Assembly (NCBI GenBank): GCA_037441475.1
Contig: JBBISB010000001.1
Span: 246,418 to 278,417, forward strand
DNA from: Candidatus Iainarchaeum sp.
GTDB taxonomy: Archaea; Iainarchaeota; Iainarchaeia; Iainarchaeales; CSSED10-239
Length of the DNA: 32,000 bases
Reading direction: 5' to 3'
Below are positions 25,861-32,000 of this stretch, piece after piece; position 1 is the first letter of the stretch; every line of letters starts with the position of its first letter. Both the position numbers and the translations under genes were made by a program. The notes beneath the pieces are model-generated. The model did no database searches. It was not told the origin of the DNA and saw nothing but the letters and a program-made list of their open reading frames with translations.

Positions 25861-27147
25861 TTATTTAAAATTGTTTTGTAGATATTTATAATAACTAAAA
25901 TGTTTTTCTGATATATTTTTGATAGAATCATTATTTAAACTATAGTTTATTAGTTTTGAAGAAGAAACATTAATTATTCCAAACTCATTTTTATTATTTT
26001 TAAAGCCTATAAGGTTACTTTCTGTTGCCCCTACAAACATAACAGTATCATTTTCAGTAATGTTATTAACATCTAAAATAAACTTAAAAAGAATATCCTT
26101 AAAATCAAGATGAGAGAGAAGAGCGTAATCTTCTTGTTTATTAATATCTTTTGAAATAAATAAAAGTGGTATTTTATAACCATCAGATATTTTCATATTA
26201 TTTAGAGCTCTAGAACCATGATCAGAAGTTATTATTATTAGAGTTTCATCAAGCAAATCATTTTCTTCTAAAAAGGAATATATTTCATTTAGATAATTAT
26301 TATAATATTCAGTCCTAGATGTTTTGTTATCTATTATATGCTTATAGCTATGCCCATAAATAAACTCTTGAAATAAAAATACATTTTCATTATTTATAAT
26401 AATTTCTTTTGCATCTTTTAAAACAGATAAATCCTCGCACGCTGTTTCATAAGTAAAGATATCTAAACAATAATGTTTCTTACTTAAGTAAACATCTTTT
26501 TTTAAAGTATTAATTTCCATCCAAGCATATGGAGTTGCTATTTCAGGGACTTGAAGAGAGGAAACTAAAAAGTGTGTAGAGTAATTTTTTGCATTAAAAT
26601 AATTTACAAGATTATTTTTCTTATTAATCTCTTTTAGATAAATAGAATATGTGGAATCTAAGTATGCTTCATAAGGGATAAAGTAAGAAGAAAGCATTGT
26701 AAAGATTGCTGTTCTGCTATCTTGATTTGAAGTGTAGTAGTTATTAAAAGAGTAAGTATTAGAAGATGTTTTATTAAAAAAACTATTTTCTAAGTCTTTA
26801 CTACCTTCAAGATATTCAGAAAACATCCATTCTTCACCCACAAAGACAAGTATTTTTTTATATTTAATAGGATTGTTAGGATATTCTTTAATTTCCTTAT
26901 CGCTTATAAAAAGAGGAGTATTAAAAGAAACATCTGTATTTATGTTAACGGCCTTAAAAGAATCTTCAATATTTGTTACAAGGTCAGCATAAGGATTTGT
27001 TCTTATATTTATTACAAAGATAAGAAATATAAAAATAAAAAAGGAAATTAAGATAGAAAAGAATAGTTTTTTTTTAGAAATAGATATATTTTTATTCTTC
27101 CATAAATAAACAGAAATTAAAATGATTATAGAGAAAGAAAAAAACAC
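25861..27147 (-). CDS. LtaS/OpgB-like phosphotransferase (alkaline-phosphatase/sulfatase superfamily), catalytic part
   Basis: 'SRTAIFTMLSS' resembles the LtaS Thr-nucleophile region 'GKTSDAELTMDNS'. 'IIITSDHGS' is a metal-binding DHG motif. The listed start is a GTG, but the frame is open upstream to 27369 with no start codon. Confidence 0.8.
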   Translation of the reverse strand: MFFSFSIIILISVYLWKNKNISISKKKLFFSILISFFIFIFLIFVINIRTNPYADLVTNIEDSFKAVNINTDVSFNTPLFISDKEIKEYPNNPIKYKKILVFVGEEWMFSEYLEGSKDLENSFFNKTSSNTYSFNNYYTSNQDSRTAIFTMLSSYFIPYEAYLDSTYSIYLKEINKKNNLVNYFNAKNYSTHFLVSSLQVPEIATPYAWMEINTLKKDVYLSKKHYCLDIFTYETACEDLSVLKDAKEIIINNENVFLFQEFIYGHSYKHIIDNKTSRTEYYNNYLNEIYSFLEENDLLDETLIIITSDHGSRALNNMKISDGYKIPLLFISKDINKQEDYALLSHLDFKDILFKFILDVNNITENDTVMFVGATESNLIGFKNNKNEFGIINVSSSKLINYSLNNDSIKNISEKHFSYYKYLQNNFK

Positions 27148-27272
27148 TAAAAAAAATAATTTAAAAGAAATTATACTTTTAAAAAGAAAGGTTATAGCCT
27201 CTAGAGAAACGCCAGTTATTAAAGCTCCTCTTTGAGAAACATCATAAAAATATATATAATAGAAAGAAAATA

Positions 27273-27494
27273 TTATAAAGTTAAGAAAATAAAAAAGATA
27301 GAAAAGAACAGAGGTATAAATATTTTTAAAATAAAAAAAAAAGTAAAAAATAAAAAAAATATAGAAATATCATATAAAGAAGTTAAAAGAATAATAGGAA
27401 GACTTTTAACGAAATAAACCTTAATTACAAATAAAAAAAATATAGCTAAGAGGGTTAACTTAAACTCAGTATTAAAAATATTTATTTTTTTCAT
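27273..27494 (-). CDS. TM-helix fragment, probably the frameshifted N-terminus of the LtaS-like gene
   Basis: 73-aa all-hydrophobic ORF with GAAGGA upstream of the ATG. It overlaps the open upstream extension of the 25861-27147 frame across the A10/A6/A8 runs (27333-27359). Confidence 0.5.
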   Translation of the reverse strand: MKKINIFNTEFKLTLLAIFFLFVIKVYFVKSLPIILLTSLYDISIFFLFFTFFFILKIFIPLFFSIFFIFLTL

Positions 27495-27741
27495 AAAAAC
27501 TTTTTCCTTCTTTTTAAAGTATTTTTCTTTTAGAGTGTACTTTTAGAAGATATGTAATATATATAGGAATAGATTTTTAAAGATAAATTAAAGGGCTTTT
27601 CTCGGCCAGCTACCCCCCTTGAAAAAGAATATACCCTCTAAACACCAACTATATATTACCTTTAAGATAGACATTAAAAGCCTGCCACTTTAGATGCCTA
27701 TCTGTTAAAATTGTGTGAAATTAAAAAGTAGGAAATAGATT

Positions 27742-29193
27742 ATGGAACAACTATATTTAATCGAGTGTATTTATGAGAACGATAAACAAAGGGTAGTGAG
27801 CTTATTTTCAAAAGATCCTTACAGCAATAAATGTGACTTTACTTTCAAAGAAAGGTTTAACCCTTATTTCTATATTGACCTGCCAAAGGAACTTTTAAGC
27901 AAACTTTTATCTGATTTTAGAAAGGAGATTAAGATAGAAAAGATTTCCTCTGAAAAGATAAAGATTACAGCTAGAGATAAAGAAACCTTAGATAAGGTAT
28001 ACAAGGTAATCTCCTTTTCAACAGATAAAAACATCCTTTTAATAGAGAGTGAAAGACAATATTTAATAGAGAAGGAATGGAGTTATTATGACCTTTTTTT
28101 AATTATTTCTCAAAACAGAATAAAAAAAATTGAAAATAACAATGTAAGCTCAGTTGTTAGAAAGTATATAAGTCCTTTTTTAAAAGAGGAACAATTAAGA
28201 CTTATTGAAAAATTAACCAAAAAGCTTTTGTTAAGTAATCTTTTAAAAGTAAACCCAGCAAGTGTTAATAATCAAGAGATACTTAACACCTTGTTTGAAA
28301 ATCTATTTTTTAAAAACAAACTAGTTTTAAGTAATAAATCAAAAGTAGAATATTTAGAAAAAGAAAAAAACATTAAAGAAGGTATTAAAATGGATTTCTC
28401 AAACATCTGGCCATACCTTCTAACCAAAGACTTTTACAACCTGGGGCATGACTCCATTAACTGTGAATGTTGCATACCAAAGAACCATTTAGAGGTAAAT
28501 GTCCTTTCAAACTCCTTAGTTGAAGTTGTTTTTAAAAAGCAAGGTTATTACTTTATATCAAAGGACAGAGAATGGGGTTATAAGTATAATTTAGAGAACG
28601 AAGAAAAAGAAAATAGATTAAAATTTATGAAAAATAATTATCTTAAAGAAATTCCAGTAGGACCTTTCTATAAAGATCAAAAAGCAAAGATTCCTCTTTT
28701 AGATGCATTTAACCTTCTTTTAGAAGATGATAAAACCCTTACAAAAGATTATTCCTATCTTAAATGGTTCTGTCTTAAAGAAGAATCATACTTATCAAAG
28801 ATAATTAAAGAATATTTAAAGAAATTAAAAAATATTGAAACATTCATTAACCTAAGCACCTCAATTACCTACAACTCCTCTTTTAAAAATAAAAATGAAC
28901 TAGAGAACAACCCTCTCTTCATTCAGTACCTTACAGAGTATAAGCTAATAAATGATTTAATAGAGGAGATACCAAGGTTTATGGAGCATAGAAACACTAA
29001 GTTTTATGACCCTGTAATCTCTCAGGCAATTAAATATCTAAAACTTGAGATGGTTGAAAGAATAGATGTTGATAACAAAAGATATTTAATAGATAAGGAA
29101 AAAGTAATTGTTAAAGAAAAAAAGTTTATTGAAAAAGTAAACAACTATTTTCCACAAATAAACCTACCTATACCAAGGCTTATCTTAAATTAA
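27742..29193 (+). CDS. Truncated, degenerate family-B DNA-polymerase-like protein
   Basis: Ordered by-eye matches to archaeal PolB landmarks: 'RFNPYFYIDL', 'ERQYLIEKEW', 'LNTLFENLFFKNKLVLSNK', 'KMDFSNIWPYLL...DSINCECC', 'YLSKIIKEYLKKLK'. The exonuclease, motif B/C and thumb are not recognisable. Confidence 0.6.
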   Translation: MEQLYLIECIYENDKQRVVSLFSKDPYSNKCDFTFKERFNPYFYIDLPKELLSKLLSDFRKEIKIEKISSEKIKITARDKETLDKVYKVISFSTDKNILLIESERQYLIEKEWSYYDLFLIISQNRIKKIENNNVSSVVRKYISPFLKEEQLRLIEKLTKKLLLSNLLKVNPASVNNQEILNTLFENLFFKNKLVLSNKSKVEYLEKEKNIKEGIKMDFSNIWPYLLTKDFYNLGHDSINCECCIPKNHLEVNVLSNSLVEVVFKKQGYYFISKDREWGYKYNLENEEKENRLKFMKNNYLKEIPVGPFYKDQKAKIPLLDAFNLLLEDDKTLTKDYSYLKWFCLKEESYLSKIIKEYLKKLKNIETFINLSTSITYNSSFKNKNELENNPLFIQYLTEYKLINDLIEEIPRFMEHRNTKFYDPVISQAIKYLKLEMVERIDVDNKRYLIDKEKVIVKEKKFIEKVNNYFPQINLPIPRLILN

Positions 29194-29202
29194 AAAAAAG
29201 AA

Positions 29203-29493
29203 TTACTTTGATAAAGTAATCTCAATTGCTGAAACCTTCATAGTGGTATTATTTTCAGTTGTAATCTCTTCTGTTGAGATGTTTATAGATACAACTTTTA
29301 AAGTATTAACAAATTTATTTTTAACAATCTCAGCCACATCAACAGCCTTTGAAATTGATTTCCCTCTTGCTTTAATAACCACACTTTCAGCACCTTGGTT
29401 AAACTGTGTTATCACTGCTAAGACATAGGACATTGTAACTTTTTTTCCAATATAGATAATATTTGTTTCATTTGACATTTTAGTATCTATCAT
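29203..29493 (-). CDS. albA: Alba chromatin/RNA-binding protein
   Basis: '[51 protein letters not shown]...VSAIEITL' is a close match to the Alba consensus. AGGGGG lies upstream of the ATG. Confidence 0.9.
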   Translation of the reverse strand: MIDTKMSNETNIIYIGKKVTMSYVLAVITQFNQGAESVVIKARGKSISKAVDVAEIVKNKFVNTLKVVSINISTEEITTENNTTMKVSAIEITLSK

Positions 29494-29593
29494 TCTTATT
29501 TCCCCCTTTTAACCTTTCTGGAAACTAGCATACATCTAAATAATATAATGAATAGAAAGTATTTAAAATAGTGATTATTTCTATTAAAAAAGA

Positions 29594-30808
29594 CTATTTG
29601 TTTATTTTTTCATCAATCTTTTTTAAAGAAAAAATAAATTTATCAATCTCTTCAAAGGTATTATAGAAATAAAAAGAGGCTCTTGAAAGACCATTTTTAT
29701 CAAACCTTGTAACAATTGGTTCAGCACAATGTACACCTGCCCTTGTTGCGATGTTTGACATGTCATCTAAAACAGCAGAAAGATCACTTGCATCAATTCC
29801 CTTAAGCCTAAACAAAAGTATTGGAGATTGTAATTTTTCATCTAAAGGATTAAACAGTTCAAGATTATCAATACTCTTTACCTTTTCAATAGCATACTTT
29901 AAAAGAGCCTTATCTTGTTTCTCTATGTTTGTAATTCCTACTCTTGAAAGATAATCAATGGCAGAAGATAAACCAAAGACACCAGAGATGTTTGGAGTTC
30001 CAGCCTCAAACTTGTAAGGAACATTGTTTGTTGTAAAGGAAGTTGTAGATACATTTTTTATCATATCCCCTCCAAACCTGAATGGTTCTTGAGACTCTAA
30101 ATTTTTTTTCTTTGCTATTAAACACCCAATGCCTGTTGGTCCAAGCATCTTATGCCCTGTGAAAACTAAATAATCACAATCTAGAGATTTAAAATCAAGT
30201 TTCATATGAGGAGCAGATTGAGAGGCATCAATCAAGGTTCTAGCTTTGTATTTCTTAGCTATGTTAATTATTTCTTTAATAGGTACAATGGTTCCTGTGG
30301 TGTTTGAAACATGTGTTATGGCTATTAGTTTTGTTTTTTCAGATATTTTTTTTTTAAAATCATCCAGGTCTAATGTAAAATTTTCTTTAATATCTACAAA
30401 CTTTAAAGTTAAACCAATCTTTTTAGATAAAAAAAGCCAAGGAACAAGGTTTGCATGATGTTCTAAAATTGAAACTAAGATTTCATCTCCTTTCTTAAAA
30501 TAATCTGAGTTGTAAAGAGAGTACATTACAAGGTTTATAGCATCTGTACTGTTTTGACAGAAAACTACCTCTTCTTCCTTAGAGTTTACAAACTTAGAGA
30601 CCTTTTCTCTACATCCTTCATAGATAACAGAGGCTATCATAGATAGCTTATGTATCCCTCTATGTATGTTAACAGGGTACTCTAAGTAATACCTGTTAAT
30701 ACCTTCAATAACCTCTCTTGGTTTTAAGGAAGACGCTGCATTATCAAAATAGATTACTTTATTTCCCTTTAAAACACTGAAGTCTTCTCTTAACTTTATA
30801 AAATCCAT
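29594..30808 (-). CDS. sufS: Cysteine desulfurase, SufS/CsdA type (class V aminotransferase)
   Basis: 'YFDNAASS', 'HHANLVPW', 'THVSNTTG', PLP-Lys 'FTGHKMLGPTGIG', and active-site 'RAGVHCAEP'. The start is set at ATG 30808, because the upstream 18 nt look like a TATA box. Confidence 0.9.
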   Translation of the reverse strand: MDFIKLREDFSVLKGNKVIYFDNAASSLKPREVIEGINRYYLEYPVNIHRGIHKLSMIASVIYEGCREKVSKFVNSKEEEVVFCQNSTDAINLVMYSLYNSDYFKKGDEILVSILEHHANLVPWLFLSKKIGLTLKFVDIKENFTLDLDDFKKKISEKTKLIAITHVSNTTGTIVPIKEIINIAKKYKARTLIDASQSAPHMKLDFKSLDCDYLVFTGHKMLGPTGIGCLIAKKKNLESQEPFRFGGDMIKNVSTTSFTTNNVPYKFEAGTPNISGVFGLSSAIDYLSRVGITNIEKQDKALLKYAIEKVKSIDNLELFNPLDEKLQSPILLFRLKGIDASDLSAVLDDMSNIATRAGVHCAEPIVTRFDKNGLSRASFYFYNTFEEIDKFIFSLKKIDEKINK

Positions 30809-30932
30809 ACATATAATATAATACAATTATTTTAAATAGATTTTTATATGATAAATATATTAGATAAGACACTAATATTTATTAGAAAAATAAAGCCTTT
30901 AAAGAAAATTACTTCTTTTCTGAAAATAAAGA

Positions 30933-31005
30933 AGCTCGGTAGTGTAGTGGCCAAGCATGTAAGACTCTGGATCTTACGACAGGAGTTCGAATCTCCTCCG
31001 AGCTA
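30933..31005 (+). tRNA. tRNA-Gln (anticodon CUG)
   Basis: AGCTCGG TA GTGTAGTGGCCAAGCAT G TAAGA CT-CTG-GA TCTTA CGAC AGGAG TTCGAAT CTCCT CCGAGCT A. The D- and T-arms are identical to tRNA-Gln(UUG) at 12731, and a T-run follows. Confidence 0.9.
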
Positions 31006-31043
31006 TTTTTCTTTTAAAAAAGACATAAAAGCGTGACATACAG

Positions 31044-31673
31044 ATGAAAATCGGAATTGATATTGACAACACCATTGCACCTACATTTAAAACAATAATT
31101 GAATATTTAAATAAAAAATATTCTTCTAAAAAAAGACACAAGCATTCTAAAAACCCATCTGGATATGATTTGTTCCATTCAGATTTTAAAACCTTTTACC
31201 CTGATTGGAAGGAGTTTATAGAAAGTGATAGCCATCATGCCATGAAACCTATAAAGGGATCTGTAAGAGTAATTTCAAAATTAAGTAAAAAACATGAGAT
31301 TTACGTACTTACAGCAAGAGCAAGTTATCAAAGGGTATCAACAGTCTTTTGGATAGACAAGCATTACAAAAATAAATTTGAAGAAATCCTTTTCCTTGAC
31401 TACCATAACGATGATAACACCAAACCAGTATTTACAAAAGGAGATCTTTGTAAAAAATTTAAACTTGATGTAATGATAGAGGATGACTTTTTACAAGTTA
31501 TAGATATTGCAAACAAGAGCGAGGATACAAAGATATTCTTGTTTGATAAAAACAACCAGTATACCTGGAATAAAAAAAGACCACTTCCAAAAAACACAAA
31601 AAAAATAGAAAGTTGGAAGGATGTTGAAAGAGAGATTGAAAAGTTAACAAATAAAAGGACTACTGGAAAGTAG
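31044..31673 (+). CDS. HAD-superfamily hydrolase (NT5C/YqfW-like nucleotidase type)
   Basis: Motif I 'IGIDIDNTI' (DxDxT), motif II 'VLTAR', and an acidic 'MIEDD' near the C-terminus. Confidence 0.55.
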   Translation: MKIGIDIDNTIAPTFKTIIEYLNKKYSSKKRHKHSKNPSGYDLFHSDFKTFYPDWKEFIESDSHHAMKPIKGSVRVISKLSKKHEIYVLTARASYQRVSTVFWIDKHYKNKFEEILFLDYHNDDNTKPVFTKGDLCKKFKLDVMIEDDFLQVIDIANKSEDTKIFLFDKNNQYTWNKKRPLPKNTKKIESWKDVEREIEKLTNKRTTGK

Positions 31674-31899
31674 AAATATTTATTTCTTGATTTAAGTCAT
31701 TATTACCATCTGTATTTTCATCAAAAATACCCATGTTCTGTGTTGAAGAAGAATCTTGAATTATTGAGGATGAAAAATCTTCCTCTACAGAAACTTTTTC
31801 TAAAGCCAGGTTCTTTTTTGCAAGAATAGCAATGGTAATTAGAAATACAATCAAAAGGGCTAAGGCAATAATTATTCCTAAAAATAGTTTTCTATTCAT
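31660..31899 (-). CDS. Small membrane-anchored hypothetical protein
   Basis: N-terminal TM helix 'LFLGIIIALALLIVFLITIAILA' followed by an S/D/N-rich tail. Confidence 0.5.
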   Translation of the reverse strand: MNRKLFLGIIIALALLIVFLITIAILAKKNLALEKVSVEEDFSSSIIQDSSSTQNMGIFDENTDGNNDLNQEINISTFQ

Positions 31900-31909
31900 G
31901 GTTAAATAT

Positions 31910-32000
31910 CACATCATCATAAACTTAAATATCTCTGGTGCAAGAGATAATGCTTTTTTGTTAAGAAGTATCTTTGACATAAAGACAGTGGGATAATCCA
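31910..32000 (-). CDS. 3' end of an unidentified CDS entering from beyond the window
   Basis: Open frame '..DYPTVFMSKILLNKKALSLAPEIFKFMMM*' with TGA at 31910-31912, just upstream of the next ATG at 31899. Confidence 0.3.

Noticed and set aside
27232-27417. 61-aa Lys/Ile-rich plus-strand ORF
   Set aside because: It is a product of long A-runs read as AAA/AAT and lies opposite the hydrophobic N-terminal region of the LtaS-like gene.
27592-27650. Split tRNA half or tRNA-like element on the minus strand ('GGGGGGTAGCTGGCCGAGAAAAGCCC')
   Set aside because: 'TGGCCGAG' resembles a class II tRNA D-loop, but I could not build a consistent acceptor/D-stem with U8. The putative anticodon loop has a pyrimidine at position 37, and no T-arm or complementary leader is nearby.
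30848-31036. 62-aa plus-strand ORF
   Set aside because: It reads straight through tRNA-Gln(CUG) at 30933-31005. The tRNA cloverleaf is far better supported.
1-32000. CRISPR arrays, rRNA genes, integrases/transposases, prophage or casposon borders
   Set aside because: No regularly spaced direct repeats and no recombinase-like ORFs. The only repeated sequences are tRNA paralogues, the membrane-protein paralogue pair, and short low-complexity K-rich coding repeats.

Overview
Strongly AT-rich archaeal chromosomal segment. Archaeal origin is supported by a thermosome, GatD/GatE, Alba, a class-III-signal pilin, a histone-fold protein and archaeal-type tRNAs. The small-genome, DPANN-like character is my inference, not a computed result. 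Most genes lie on the minus strand, are tightly packed, and often have GGTGAT/AGGGG Shine-Dalgarno-like motifs 5-10 nt upstream of the start. Confident calls are ileS, thermosome, gatD-gatE, tldD/pmbA, nth, alba, sufS-type cysteine desulfurase, a HIT hydrolase, a GT2 processive glycosyltransferase, an LtaS-like phosphotransferase, a CPA-type cation/proton antiporter, a PIN/UPF0175 toxin-antitoxin pair, and four tRNAs: Ile-UAU, Ile-GAU, Gln-UUG and Gln-CUG. I saw no CRISPR array, rRNA, integrase or transposase. Most notable observations: (1) a 483-aa miniaturised family-B DNA-polymerase-like protein with no exonuclease or thumb region and degenerate catalytic motifs; (2) a tRNA-Ile with a genomically encoded UAU anticodon that is a near-copy of the neighbouring tRNA-Ile(GAU); (3) an uncharacterised 4-TM plus coiled-coil protein family present as one intact copy and one decayed copy (frameshift plus in-frame TAG); (4) several other genes broken by frameshifts or in-frame stops, mostly at A/T homopolymers; (5) an unlisted 57-codon extremely acidic ORF next to a divergent histone-fold gene. 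All homology statements are by-eye motif recognition and no searches were run.
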